In this document: positions 23,490 to 37,272 of the stretch, piece by piece
Layout of the letters: every line of letters starts with the position of its first letter
Position numbering within the stretch: the stretch's first letter is position 1
NCBI GenBank assembly: GCA_963514005.1
Contig: OY740811.1
Location: forward strand, 5,890,001 to 5,954,000
Reading direction: 5' to 3'
Source: Raja brachyura
Lineage: Eukaryota
Length of the DNA: 64,000 bases
Made by a program: the position numbers and the translations under genes
Notes under the pieces: generated by a model
Database searches by the model: none
What the model was told of the DNA's origin: nothing
Seen by the model: only the letters and a program-made list of their open reading frames with translations

Positions 23490-26364
23490 CTAAATGTAGG
23501 GACAAGAAACAAAGAATAAAATGAGGGAACGCTACATTACAAATACCTTTTACACGTTTCACAACAAAACTATGATGCACCATTCCATATTTGAAGAGCC
23601 CCAATTTAAAGTTAAACCACATAAATATTTGTGAAGGTATAGATCTCTGGTTACATAATTTTTAGCTCTCAATCAAAACGCAAACTGTGATCTTCCGCTA
23701 ACTAGACAGTAATTACCTGTGGTTGCAATCACTGTTTGATGAGTCTGTTTCTGTTAAGTGCCATGTGTGCTGACTGCAATAAATTCACTCAACATGCCTT
23801 TTAAGCAAGATCCCCTTGCACAGCCCAGTTTTATCCATGACAAGGGCTGGTTTGCCCATTGTTTTAATGTCCCTTTCATACCCTAACCATGAGGCCAGGC
23901 ATTATTTTATCCCAATGATACCATCTGTATTTTTATCATTTGATGACATTATTTTTTATTTGCTAAAGGTTTCCATCTTGCAGGAATGTCCCTGCAATGC
24001 TCACTGCCTTCCTACCTCCTATTATTTGATGCAACTCTTTCTGAAGACCTCTCCATCTGCAACACATCACCATGCCCATACTTCCATCGGATTTCTTTTC
24101 ATATCTTTAATAATAATATTTTAGGAACATTTTTCCACATCCTCTGAGTCTAAGTCTGACATTTCTTTGTCTCCACACACAGTGGCAGCCTCCATGATTT
24201 ATATCTTTGGATCTTGATCACTCCCACCCTGAATTATTCCATCTTCCCCACCTTAACCCCCAACAGCTCTCTTTCATCCCTTATTCATTTTTCCTGCAAA
24301 TCTTGCAAAACAGCCCTTCTTGCTCTCCTAATAAAGGTCCAAGCCAGCTCTCCTCTGCCCCATCTACAGTTTTTTTTACTGACAAATATCTTTCTGGATT
24401 AATCCATTGATGATGCTCCTCAAACATCAACTTTACCTGAATCATAACCTGATGTAATTCCAATATTCCATTGACATTAGACTTTTATTTAGAACAACTG
24501 AGTTTTAGAATCAGCTCAACTCTCTGTACATTCGAATATACCACAAACAAAGCATAATATATACTTTCCTTTTTATGGGGTACGAGTCAAAATACAGTTC
24601 TCCATCAATATAGAAATGCATTTCCAACTAATTGAAACCACATTGTAAATTACATTATTGTGGGGTGGAAATGCTCACATCAAACCCTGTTGCTACTAAA
24701 CTCTGAAACACTCTCTTTGGCACTTTGCTTACTCTTGTGTAGAGCAAATCCCTGGGAACTGGAGGAGGATAGTTAAGAGAAAACTGGTGCAGCAGAGGGA
24801 ACGAATGAGTCAAAGTACTAGAGTAGAGAGAGGTGGAACTGACAGGACAATAGGAGTACAGTACCTGTGAGGCAGGTGAGGAGTCAAAACATATCCCTTA
24901 AGACGGACAAATTATAAAGGCCAAGATCAGAATTATCCCGGTGAGTTAATGTTATACTGCAGTGAATGACAATGTGGAGGCAAAAAGAGGTCCATCTGGT
25001 AAGCTTAAAAAAGAATTTAACAATTCTATTTTTGCCTTATATTGCACCAGAGTTAATTGTGAAGGGATGGAATACTTAAGTTATTTAAGAGTGGATTAAG
25101 GCTCTTTCCAAAATGGTACCAGATAAATGTTAACTGGTTTGCCTAATTCTTTTATCATCGGTGATTTTCAAGAGAGAGAGTTTAATTGTCATATACACCA
25201 TATTGGAACAATGTATTTCTTCCTTGCTGCAGCACAACTGGTTTGTGAACACAGTACTCAATAGATAGCATAGTAAACAATTTAAATAAAGTGGAGGCGT
25301 TGATGGGCTTTTGTTTATGATTGCATCGATGTTTTGATTCTAGGAGAGATCTTAAGAGATCTGCATGACCAGGAACTTGAAGTTGTTGCCCACTAACCCG
25401 CCGATGGTTTGTGAATCTTTGGCTTTTCTCTTCTAAAGACAATAATCAGCTCCTATGTTTTACTGGTGCTGAAACCAAAGATATTGTTCTAGCACCATTG
25501 AATCAGATGACCAATCTCCTGCCTATACTCTGGCTATTCTTCAAACACTTCCACATATGTTTCAGTAGCTTCCAAAGAGTCATCATTTAGTTTACAGGTT
25601 TTCACCAACTCTTGTTTCACAGAAACAATTCTACAATCAGAGTAAGAGTTCCTAATATATATTGGAAAGCATTTGTATCCTTTTTATTAAGAAGTAACTT
25701 CCACTGTAGCAAACTCTACTGAACAAATGTCACTTTGAAGACTGTGGAAGCATGGGGCGAATCCTACAATGCAGGCTAAATTTCAAATGCAGCATCCATC
25801 AAAAAAGTTGCAGGTTTCATCCCTGTAAAGAGTGCCTCCATTCCCTAGCAAAGGACACACCCAGAAGAAAAACATACAGAAAACATATTAGTGTTAAATG
25901 ACCTGAAGCCCAGGACAATAACTTATTGCATGTGGAGCTTCATTCTTGAAGATACATTTCCATTGTCAATCTTTCAAAACAATAGAGCCCATTCTATTAA
26001 TTCAGGTTAAGAAGTAGACCTTTCCCAAAGTAGCTCCCTGAAAGTGGCAACACAAGTAGATAGAGCAGTAAAGATGGAATAAGGCAACGTTGCCTTTATT
26101 GGTCAAGACATTGAGCATAAAACTTGGCAAGTCATGTTGCAGCTGCATAACGCCTTGGCGAAAGTCACTTTCAACATTTCTGCTCCCAATAAATAGTCTT
26201 AATGAGAACATTTGACGGATGACTCCACAATGGGAAATACACTGGATTATTTTAAATTTAAGAAATTTATAGAAGAGTAAAAAAGTTTTAAATAATAGAT
26301 GAATAAGTATGTGCTTAAATCTGCATGTTCTTATTATTTCTAAACTCCACACATGGACAGATAT

Positions 26365-26962
26365 TCAGATGTACCTCCTCCAAACGCATCTACTGAATCT
26401 GGTGTTCCTGATGTGGGCTCTTGTACATCTGCAAGACCAAATGTAGACTCGTCGACCATTTCACTGAACACTTATGCTTGGTTCATCTAGGTCTATTGGA
26501 TCCTCCAGTTGCCAAGCATTTCAACTCCCCTCCCATTCCCGTACAGACCTTTCTGTCTTGGACCCCCCTCCATTGTCAGAGTAAGGCCACACATAAATTG
26601 GAGGATTAGTACCTCATATTTAGTTCATATCTCTCCCCTCCCCCCTTGCTCCCACCCTTGTTTTACCAGTTCCACAGTTCTCCACATTGCTTTCCTCTTG
26701 ACATCTAGACGACACCTCCCCTAAACAGCATTGGGTTTATCAGGCGCCACCTGCCTGATGTCCTTTGTGGTTGACCCTGATTTGTCCTGGTCTTTTCTCA
26801 CCTGCAGCTCTTCACCCCTCCTCTCCCTCACCCCCTACTTTCAATCTGAAAAAGGGCCCCGACCCATTATTTTTCCCCAAGGATGCTGCCTGACCCTCTG
26901 AGTTACTCCAGCACTTTGTGTCTATATTTGGTATAAACCAGCATCCACAGTTCCTTGTTTCT
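26365..26962 (+). mobile_element. Degenerate PLE: GIY-YIG endonuclease end plus 3' terminus
   Basis: ORF 26421 YICKTKCRLVDHFTEHL...VAKHFNSP (YIGETKRRL.DRF.EHL motif); terminus CTGAAAAAGGGCCCCGACCC...GATGCTGCCTGACC. Confidence 0.75.
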
Positions 26963-27231
26963 ATGAATCTTATGCGCCTTGTTCTTTCCACCATCTCTGA
27001 CTTGAACATATATCTTCCATAACCCAGAATGAGTAATGTAATAAATGAATAAAACATTTGCTTCAGGTATTTTTAAAGGATAGGTGTTCACCAGTTACTG
27101 GAGAGAAATTTGCTGGCCTTTGTATGGTACCAAAGCAACCTGCTACTACGTTTTGAGAGATGGATGTTGACTTGGTTCAATGTCCCCAAAAAAGTCCAAA
27201 AGATGACAATCCATATGCCGAAGTTACATGT

Positions 27232-27400
27232 GTAGGAAAGAACCGCAGATGCTGGTTTGAATCAAAGGTAGACACACAATGCTGGAGTAACTCAGTGGGA
27301 CAGACAGCATCTCTGGAGAGAAGGAATGGGTGACATTTCGGGTCGAGACTGAAGAAGCAATGCTGCCTGTCCCCCTGAGTTACTCCAGCACTTTGTGTCT
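27232..27400. mobile_element. Fold-back PLE-derived element with TSD
   Basis: TSD GCCGAAGTTACATGT (27217-27231) / GCCCAAGTTACATGT (27401-27415); inverted arms TGCTGGAGTAACTCAG / CTGAGTTACTCCAGCA. Confidence 0.8.
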
Positions 27401-30400
27401 GCCCAAGTTACATGTTGAATTCTCTGGAATGGGGCATCAAAACATTCTGAGTGAGAGGTGAAATGGTTACCAATGACCCAAAGTGTGGAGGTACAATGAA
27501 ACAATTATCTATGTGGCCAAGGGGTAACAAATTAACATTTAGAATTTGGAAAAATTCATGAATAAGCACTTGTTGGATACAAAATAGAAGAGAATACACT
27601 GTTATTTAACTCCAAATAAACAGCATTAAAATCATTTGGGATACTTTAAAATGCAAATGCATGTAACACAGATGAAACAAAATTATTTTATTAAGACTTT
27701 TGGTGAACTTTTAATCATTTACGAATTTAAAAAAATTAGGCGAGTGTTTAAGTATGTCAGCTGTGAAACTGATATTACTTGTGGGAGCAACTGAATGGTT
27801 TTATTTCACAGCATATGCTTCCAGGGTCAGAATTGGATAAGAAGCCTATTTGAAATCGGAATCGGACCTGGGGGAACATTGAATGGGAATTAATTTGCGG
27901 TGTAGGATCAGGAGCAAGCACATACCACAGACTAAAATAAACACTTTAAAACATATCAAGAAAAAAAATGTGGGATTAGTCTAGGGAGTAAGTGAAGTCT
28001 GTATGGGCTTTTATATATGGTGCACTTTTATACAGTACAGCCACTTTTGACTGGTAGGGCTGCAATCCAGTGTGAATCTGGGGATAAAATATCAGTGATC
28101 ACATTGAGAGTGATTTCTGGCTGCCAGTGTTTGGGGAAACCTCGTTCCTGGCCTCAAGAAAAAGACACACATTTCTTGTATCACAAGTTTGGCCCAGCAC
28201 TTATTCTACTCCTATCACACAGTTGTTGCAAAAAGCCAGCGTACGGTATCTTTACTTTAATTTCTCACGGGACGCCAGTGGAGAAAGGGAACAATATTGC
28301 ACTCCATGCATGAAAAAACATGTCTGCAGGCTTGGAAAACTTAGAGCAGACCTACCAAAGGCCACAGATGGACGAGATGTAAACAGAAAATGGAGCTGTG
28401 GTATAAAGATTATTTGCCTGTTTACATGTCAAGCACAAAAATATCAAAACATTTATTCTTGTAGGAGCGCTCTGTACAGATATAGCAAGTGGTTTAGTAG
28501 TCACAGTAGTGCATAAAAATGCTGTGAAGCATGGATAACCAGATTGCAGAGTGATAACAACTATTCTAAAATTTGCTTCACTACATTTAAACTGATTGTA
28601 TATCACCATAATGCTCTTCCTAAAAGCACCATAAAAACTAGTAGGTTTCTAGAACAGTGTTATGATGGTTTACCTGCATAATGCCATACTGCATGTGTCA
28701 ACACTGCTACTCCACTGATCTATTGCAAGATCTCTCAGCTGCTACCACCTGCAGCTGAGACTTCCCCAGTTGTCCCATAAAGGGACATACACATGCTACA
28801 GGCAGCTCTTCCAGCTCTTTGGGAATGCATGTGACAAAGAGAGGAGAAGGCAGGGAGTGTGCTCCAATAACCTACTTCTAGAAGAATGACCATGCAAGCA
28901 GGCCACAGGGTTCCTTCAGAGCAGCAGCCAGGCCGTCTTGGCAGAAGGCTTGCAGAGAGTCCATGCAAGGAAGATCATTCCATGATTTCAGCCTATGAAT
29001 GGTTGTACTCTGCAGAAGCCTGCAATGCAGGCAGATACACATGTCCACTCTGCATGTTCCTGTCCAAAGGAAAAGTGTTAAAACCTTCTCTCCTTGGGTT
29101 TAGAGCTTGAGTGATCTTTGTAATATAGCAGTGAGCCCAACACTGTGAAATGTGGCATGTATCAGTGGCAGTTATCTCAAATCATCCCGAGCTGGGAAGC
29201 TGACAGTGAGTTTCACATTGATATTCTGTTGATCTAAGGATTCAGATAAGCAAGGGGGGAAATCTGGAGATACATTTTAGGCATTGTCCAATTGTCAGTA
29301 TAACATGGAAGCATTTAATGGCAGAGAAAGGTTTCTAGTGCAATTGAAAATCCCACTGGAAAGTCAGTAATATTGCTCTGCACCAGAGGAATCCTATTTT
29401 CAATAGCCCAGCATTTTATTTTTTGGATTCATGAGGGAATTTCTAATTTCCTCAGTAAACACGGGTTTTAATGCCATGCAATTCTCATCTTCTCTGCAAT
29501 ATAGAGTGTGAATACAGGAAGCAGAATGGTGTAATATAATTGCTTAAATTCAGAGTGCAATGTAATATCATCTATACAGAATCCACAACATTATCCACTA
29601 CATTAACTCCAAGAAAGCATAATGATCTAACTTCAGATGGTGATGTAAAATATACAATGCAATTTATACAGCTGTATTTTCTCTAATTTCTCTCCAATTT
29701 CCTCACTTGCTGCCTCCAAGCATGTCTTGTTCAGGGGACCATCGTCCTATTCCATTGAGCCAATTTTACTTGAGTTCTGACCAACCAATTTCTCAGCCTT
29801 GTCATCTTACGAGCTGATATTATAATTGACACCCTCTGTTTAGGACTTTACTGTATTTCAAATCTTCCCTTTAAAATCTTATAATTGACTCTCAGTTCCC
29901 AAAACCTCACAACCCTCCATACATCTTGCATTTTCCAGATTCATGCTCAAATCAAAGAGTATCAAATGATTGCTATGTACATTTTTGATTCGGTCGCCAA
30001 TTCATTTTTTACAAGATATCTCATTCTCTTGCATACGGCAACCCTCATTCCAATATTCCAGTTCTGAGAGACACAGGAGACGACAGATTCTGGAATCCTG
30101 TGCAAAAAAATCAAACTGCTGGAGGCAGCAGGAGGGAAATGGACATGCGACGTTCTGAGTGTCAGATCTGTGACACACAAACTCTATCATGCTGTTTGAA
30201 TTGCTTTTCTCCAACCTTGAGCCATAATTTCATTTCTGTCCCAACTTCTTCTCTTCCACCATCCCCTCAAGATTTGTCTGAACTAAACCGAGTCGTGTTC
30301 CGAGTCTTCTATGCATTAGTAACTCAGCAGGCATAAAACCTATTGGCAATGTGCTGTCATTTTAGAGTTCAGTCTTTGCTAACTGATGCTTCATTGTTAA

Positions 30401-30769
30401 GTGAGCACCCCAAAATATTTATTTCTTCAGTGCCACTTTGATGATTTTCAATAACCTCTCTGCTGCTCCATTGGACGCTGATATGTTGAAATAAATAGAT
30501 GCGCAAATCTTCACAATGTGCAAAACGAGCCCCAATATCTGAGAGTAGTTCATTTGGCAAATTGTCACGTGAGAAAATTAATCTCAATTCTCTAATATTA
30601 TGTTGTAGTACAGGACAAGCACGTTTCAATATAGTCCTTTTGAATGATTATCTATGCATACCAATAATTCCTCTATTACCAATTATCCTCTATAATAATC
30701 AATTTGTGTTCTTTGAAAATTAGAACTTTCTAAAAGCCATTTACAACTCAGTAGACATGTCATCTTTTA

Positions 30770-31135
30770 TCAGGGTAGTCTACAAATTAATGGGATAAAT
30801 ATTGAAATTTCCAATTTCAGGTAACAATTACTTCCTGTTACCCCCCCCCCCCCCCACTCTCTCTCCCCTTCTGATCCACCACCAATCCATCTACTCATCC
30901 TCCCTACCCCCCTGTTCCATCCACATGCTCCCCTGCCTTCACCTGTTTCCATCTGCCCATTTCTTCTTTCACAGTTCACATTACTGTTTACTTATAAGAT
31001 TCCAGCACTACTAAGGTTGAAGACTGAAGTAAGAGTCTTTGAGTCTGAAGAATGGTCTTGATGCAAAACATTGTCTATCCATGTTCTCCAAAGATGCTGC
31101 CTGACCTGCTAAATTACTCCAGCACTTTGTCTCTT
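30770..31135 (+). mobile_element. PLE ORF end and 3' terminus
   Basis: GSLQINGINIEISNFR* (cf. GSLQPSGRNIDSSHFR* at 55075-55126), then C-rich UTR and degenerate CTGAAGAATGGTCTTGATGCAAAAC. Confidence 0.7.
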
Positions 31136-31199
31136 TTCCAGCACTGGTACCCTAACACCCTCTAACAGCCGTTTCCATCTTCATCTCGTTCCCCCCAAA

Positions 31200-31700
31200 C
31201 CTAGATCAATTTGCACTTTTTTTTTGTCTTGTCTGTCTGCAGCTGTCACCCAACTGCCTTAGCCTCCCAACTCCACCCTTCACATTTTATCTGCCCCCAA
31301 CGCCACAACATGGCTCTATCTGCACATCATCCCTCACCCTTCCCCGTCCACCTATCATCACTGAGCCTCTGTCTCACTATTTTCCCTCTACTCTCAGTCC
31401 TGATGCAATCTGAAACATTGACAAATCCTTTCCCCCTGACATTTACATTTGGTCCACTGAGATCCTTCAGCAGTTTGTGTTTTGCTTCATCTCTGTAAGG
31501 TATCTTCACTGGCTTGGCTCTAGAATTGTGACAGATTATACTCCTGCATAAAAACACAGTGCTGGAAGAATACTACAGGCCAGGCAGCATCTGTGGTAGG
31601 AATGGACCGTTCAGGTCAGGACCCTTCAGACTGAGATGCTGCCTGATCCACTGAGTTCATCCAACTGAAGATTCCATAAGCTGCAGCTTCTTGTGTCTAT
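31200..31700. mobile_element. Old PLE terminal fragments, including a small fold-back at about 31550-31700
   Basis: AGTCCTGATGCAATCTGAAACATTGAC; CAGGCAGCATCT / AGATGCTGCCTG inverted pair. Confidence 0.55.
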
Positions 31701-32839
31701 GTAACCCTGACCCTTTGGTCTCTTCAAGAACTTCATCTAATCCCAGTCAACAACGTCTGCTGGCTGTCTTCATGCTGAACATATCCGAACGTTCACTGTG
31801 AAGCCCTTCTAAACTTGTCTTCTCAATACACCTAGTATGATAGTTAATACAACCTTGTGTCAACGATTGGGACTCAATCTTTGATTAGAGTGTAGTACTG
31901 TTTTTTATTTGGATATTTATTTGATTTAGATCATCCTTCTAAAGACTTTTCTCGGGCTCATTTTACAACAATATCTCCACAGCTGTAACTAGAAAATCAT
32001 CTTCTACCATCTTCAATATGAGGATCACCCTTTCACTTCCTAAATCTGAATTCTAAATTGGGAATGGATTTGACAATGGATCTGCAATTGCACCTTTGAA
32101 ATTTTATATTGGTTCACATAACCACATTGCAAAGAAAGTAATAATAAGCCGTTCTTGGTATTTGCAAAACACCTAATGTTGATCTTGCCAAATTAGAACC
32201 AAGAGATTTTAAAAACAAAGGCTTCCTGCTTATGACCAAGGTAATAGGTCTGCCTAACAGAAAAATATTAAAACAATCGATTAGAAGCAAATTCCTTTGC
32301 TTGGATTTGCTCAGAAATGGATCATTCTGAATTTAAGCATTGTTTTTTCTCACTTTTCATCAATGGAAACACAATTGTTTTTTCTTGAACTTTGACTGAC
32401 TACATTTCCTATTCCAGAATGCGAATAATGGAATTGAACACATGCCTGGCCATACTAAGTGTATCATAGCAAACTAACAAAGGCTCTCTTCTCATACTAG
32501 CAGAATCAGTCTTTTGTTATGTGATGTTCCATGCCTCAGTTATATTCTCTGTCTTTTATTCTCCAACTGAAGAAATGCTTCCGTTTTGTTCGTAGGCCCA
32601 GAGTTCTTTTGAGCTTTCCATTATGTATGTGTAGTGTAGTGCCTATTCTTTAAATATTCAAAGATTTTCTTCCTTGACTCTAACAACATCATCTTTATTG
32701 CATTGACAATGATCATAAACCTTGTACTATCTTGTCTATAGTTACTTGAAAGATCCTTGGTGCCATTTAACACATAAGGTGTTTTATACATAAATAAAGA
32801 TCCCCATGTAGTAATTTTTAAATGTTCTCTTTGCCCATA

Positions 32840-33130
32840 TTGAATTGACAAGTCCAGTGTGGTGCAAACTTTGGCTCGTGCCAGTTTTGGATCGGTACAA
32901 TTAACATCCACTGCTTTTCCTACCTGATAGGTTGATGTGTTTTGGATCTAGATTTTTATCGACATGAAAATTATGACCAGTAATCCTGGAACATTTTTCG
33001 CATTTTTGCCCAATACTATACAAAGTGTCTCTTTGAAGCTTCCAAACAGAACACTTCTTTCCAGTTTATCTTCAATTGCCTGAGCTAACCTTTGTCTAGC
33101 AATATTTATTGTACATCAGCTACTATCATT
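32840..33130 (-). mobile_element. Possible degenerate LTR retroelement integrase C-terminal relic
   Basis: Frameshifted minus-strand peptides RQRLAQAIEDK / WKEV / SRITGHNF / TYQVGKAV / PKFAPHWTCQF occur in the order expected for a Gypsy/ERV integrase ending in a GPY/F-like motif. Confidence 0.35.
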
Positions 33131-33273
33131 GGTGGCTTTACTTGCTGTTCACAATGATTCATCCGCTCCTGATAAAGTCATAGAGTCATACAGTGTGGAA
33201 AAAGGCCCTATGGCCCAACTTGCCCATGCCGAACAACATGCCCCACCTATACCAGTCCCACCTGCCCACATTT

Positions 33274-35091
33274 ACAAGTCGTGCTTAAATACAAGAGAGG
33301 TGCCGGAAGACTGGAGGGTGGCAAATGTTGTGCCTCTTATCAAGATGGGCTGCAGGGAAAGTGCTGGGAACTATGGGCCGGTGACTGGAGAGTATCTTGA
33401 GGGATAGGATATGCAGGCATTTGGATGGGCAAGGGCTGATTAGGGGCAGTCAGCATAGTTTTGTACGTGGGAGGTCGTGTCTCACAAATCAGGTTGATTT
33501 TTTTGAAGAAGTGACGAAAAAGATCGATGAGGGCAGAGCTGTAGATGTTGTGCACATGGACTTCAGCAAGGCGTTCGACAAGCTTCTACATGGTGGGCCT
33601 TTCTGGAAGGTTAGATCATGTGGGAGCCAAGGAGAGATAGCTGAACGGATAGCAAATTGGCTCCATGGAAGGAAGCAGAGGGTAAAGGTGGAAGGTTGCT
33701 TCTCAGACTGGATGCCTATGACCAGTGCTGTGCCTCAGGGTTCAGTGCTGGGCTCGTTGCTGTTTATCATCTACATCAATGATTTGGATGAGAACATACA
33801 GGCCAAGATTTGCAAGTTTGCTGTTGATAAAAAAGTTTGTGAGTTTGCAGATAGCGAAGATGGTTGTGAACGATTGCAGCAGGATCTGGATCGATTGGCC
33901 AGGTGGGCTGAGGAATGGTTGATGGAATTTAATACAGAGAAGTGTCAGGTCTTGGGACTCATTTTGGGACGTTGAACAAGGGCAGGACCTACACAGTAAA
34001 TGTTAGGCCTCTGGGTAGTGCTGTAGGGCAGAGGGATCTAGGAGTACAGGTCCATGGTTCCGTGAAGGTCGAGTTGTGGGTAGATAAGGTGGTCAAAAAG
34101 GCTTTTGGCACTTTGGCCTTCATCAGTCAGAATATTGAGTATAGAAGTTGGGAGGTCATGTTGCAGTTGTATAAAACGTTGCTGAGACCGCATTTAGAAT
34201 ATTGTGTTCAGTTCTGGGCACCATGTTATAGGAAATATATTGTCAAGCTTGAAAGAGTTCAGAAAAGATTTATGTTGCCAGGACTAGAGGGTGTGAGCTA
34301 TAGGGAGAGGTTGAGTAGGCTGGGTCTCTATTCCATGGAGCGCAGGCGGTGAGGGGAGATCTTATAGAGGTATACAGAATGATGAGAGGAATAGATCGGG
34401 TAGATGCACAGAGTATTTTTCCCAGAGTAGGGGAATCAAGGACCAGAGGACATAGGTTTAAGGTGAAGGGGAAAAGATTTAATAGGTATCCGAAGGGTAA
34501 TTTTTTTACACAAAGGGTGGTGGGTGTATGGAACAAGCTGCCAGAGGAGGTACTTGAGGCTAGGACAAAAAGGCTGGCAGCATCATCAAGGACCCACACC
34601 ATCCTGGCCACACACTCATCTCCACGCTCCCTTTAGGTAGAAGGTACAGGAGCCTGAAGACTGCAACAACCAGGTTCAGGAACAGCTACTTCCCCACAGC
34701 TATCAGGCTATTAAACTCGGCTCGGACAAAACTCTGAACATTAATAGCCAATAATCTGTTTATTTGCACTATCAGTTTAATTATTCATGTGTGTATATAT
34801 TTATACAATGGTACATGGACACACTGATCTGTTCTGTATTCGTGCCTACTATGTTCTGGTGTGCTGAAGCAAAGCAAGAATTTCATTGTCCTATCAGGGA
34901 CACATGACGATAAAACTCTCTTGAACTCTTGGACTATCGCATAATTTAAGAAACAGTTAGACAGGTACATGGATAGGACAGGATTGGAAGGATATGGATC
35001 AAGCGTAGCAAGTGTAGCTGGGACATTGTTGGCCATTTTGAGCGAGTTAGGCCAAAGGGCCTGTTTCCACACTGTATCACTCTATGACTCT
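33274..35091 (+). mobile_element. CR1 LINE with degenerate reverse transcriptase domain
   Basis: ORFs 33397-33975 (QHSFVRGRSCLTN, MDFSKAFDK, VPQGSVLG.LLF.IYINDLD, KFAVD), 33942-34352 and 34349-34560; ends GGGCCTGTTTCCACACTGTATCACTCTATGACTCT. Confidence 0.93.
34567..34930 (+). mobile_element. Rex1/Babar-like LINE 3' end nested in CR1
   Basis: Peptide AGSIIKDPHHPGHTLISTLPLGRRYRSLKTATTRFRNSYFPTAIRLLN; (CTCTTGAA)-type tail; GGAC duplicated at 34563-34566 and 34931-34934. Confidence 0.85.
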
Positions 35092-37184
35092 ATTTGGCCC
35101 ATAATCCTCTCAATCTATCCTATCCATATACGTGTCCAAATGTCTCTTAAATGTTATGATAGTAATTGCCTCAACTACCTCATCCTGCAGCTCGTTCCAT
35201 ATACACCCACCACCCTTTGTGTAAAAAGGTTACCGCTCAGGTTCCCATCTTTCACCATCACCTTAAAATACTGGCCTCTGGTCCTCGATTCACTTACCCT
35301 GGGCAAAAGACTCTGTGTCTTTGCCTGATCTATTCCTGTCATGATTTTGTACACCTTTATATTATCATCCTTCATCATCCTGCGCTCCAAGGAATAATGT
35401 CCTAATCTGCTCAAACTCTCCCTGTAGCTCAGGCCCTCGAGTCCTGACAACATCCTCATAAATCTTCTCTGTACTCTTTCCTGCTTGACAACATCTTTCC
35501 AATTTTTTGACAACCATCATCATTATCTACAATACTACCCACTTTTGTCACCTGTAAATTTGTTAATCATCCAAATCATTGATATAGATGACAAACAGCA
35601 ATGGGCCCACAACCGAACCATAGGGCACTCTACTAGTCAAAGGCCTCCGAAAATCACCTTTCCATCACCCTCTGCTTCCGTTCATGAAGCCAATTTTTGA
35701 TCCAATCATCTATCTCACCTTGGATCCAATGTGATCTAACATTCTAGAGCGGCTACCATGTAGATCCTTGTCAAATGCCTTGCTGAAATCCATCTATATA
35801 ATGTCTATAGCTCTGTCCTCAACAACCTTTTTGGTCAGATCTTCAATATCAGATAAGTGAGGCACGATCTCCCACATTTAAGTATAATCCTGCTTAAGTC
35901 TTCAATACTTGGCCTGAAAAGGTTTCCAAGTTCCAAGACCGTGGTCTTCATTGGCAGTAATTGGTCTACTGGCTTAAATATTTAGTTACTCATAATTAAT
36001 CAATCTGCTTCCATATTGTTGCACATGCTGTTCCACTAACCAGTTACCCATGCTTTTGTCTGAAAGTCTTTCTACATTCTGTCATTACTGGTAAAAATAC
36101 TATAACTAAACCCAATTGTCCCCTGTTCTCATGAACTTCAATACTGTGTAGACTTGCTCTTTATGCCATTGTGCTGTGGTTACTTCCTTTCTAGAGTTGC
36201 TTTCATTAACTACCTTGGCTTTAAATTTGCACGCTGGGGAAGATGTTTTTTCAGACAATTAAAACATTTTGCTGTTTTGAATTGACGTCATGGATTGATT
36301 CAGTTACATCGATCATAACTATTTGCACCAGCTTCAAATTCTGCATTGAAATCCTCTTCTACTCTGTGTGTATAAACTGTCATATTTGTATTTTGCATTT
36401 TAGGAAATTATTTAGCATTCCTCAATGCATTTATAGATGTTTTGCATGAGAATCAGGTGTAGGGTTTGGTGGGATTAGTAACTTGAATGAAACCACTTTA
36501 TTGATTAAACCCCAGGCAAGCTTGTTCACACAGAGCATAGCCCAAAGAAGTGTCAAAGTTGCAAGGCTGAAACTGGTCCTTCAATGAGACGATACACTCA
36601 CTGAAAGTGTTGGCTGATATCCGATTTGTGAAATAGAACATCTTTTGTTGTCTGTGGCATTAAAGGAGTTGCTAATGCACGACATATGTTCAGAACACAT
36701 TCAAATTAGGAGACCAGTTTTTTGTACTGTGAACAGCATAGTTTTGTGCAAGCAGATTATCATCTCATCAAAAACATCGATTTCCATGACTTTATGTGCT
36801 GTTAAAAAACAACTCCATGCATTCTATGTGTGAACTCAAAAACTCATACAGCAATGCTTCCAGTGCAGTTAGTGGCAAGGCATTTTCTTGTTGTGATGCA
36901 ATTCAACCAATGCTGATGATATCATAGCAGATTTGAAATTTCCCATCTTTGCAATGCCCTTTTCGTTCTCTGACCACATCCACAACCTTGTTAAACTAAC
37001 CGCATCGACCTATGTCGAGCGACTCCAATGCGGCTGAAATCACGTGGAATCTCTTCGGCCCAGGGCACGTAGATTGTTCATTTCTTCTGCTGTCGGCAGT
37101 ATATTTGCCCAACTCTTCTTTCTGAGACTTTTGTCACTCTTTACCCAGACAATGCCTGCATGCATCTCTCAAGCAAAGGTGCTT

Positions 37185-37272
37185 GTTGGAAGGAACTGTA
37201 GATGCTGGTTTAAATCGAAGATAGGCACAAAATGCTGGAGTAACTCAGCAGGACAGGCAGCGTCTCTGGATA
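37185..37272 (-). mobile_element. PLE terminal fragment
   Basis: GGAAGGAACTGTAGATGCTGGTTTAAATCGAAGATAGGCACAAAATGCTGGAGTAACTCAGC. Confidence 0.75.

Larger units (their letters stand above)
33176..35880 (-). mobile_element. CR1 LINE (minus) split into 33176-33273 and 35092-35880 by a nested insertion
   Basis: AGTCATAGAGTCATACAG tail and ...CCCACATTT resume as ATTTGGCCCATA at 35092; ORF 35175-35513 KDVVKQERVQRRFMRMLSGLEGLSYRESLSRLG. Confidence 0.85.

Noticed and set aside
23490-23622. N-terminal part of the predicted 168-aa ORF 23116-23622
   Set aside because: Intronic read-through upstream of the AG acceptor; PRDM16 similarity starts at 23489.
28690-29110. Possible old RTE-type LINE relic (also about 60330-60700)
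   Set aside because: Resemblance too weak to assign without a database search.
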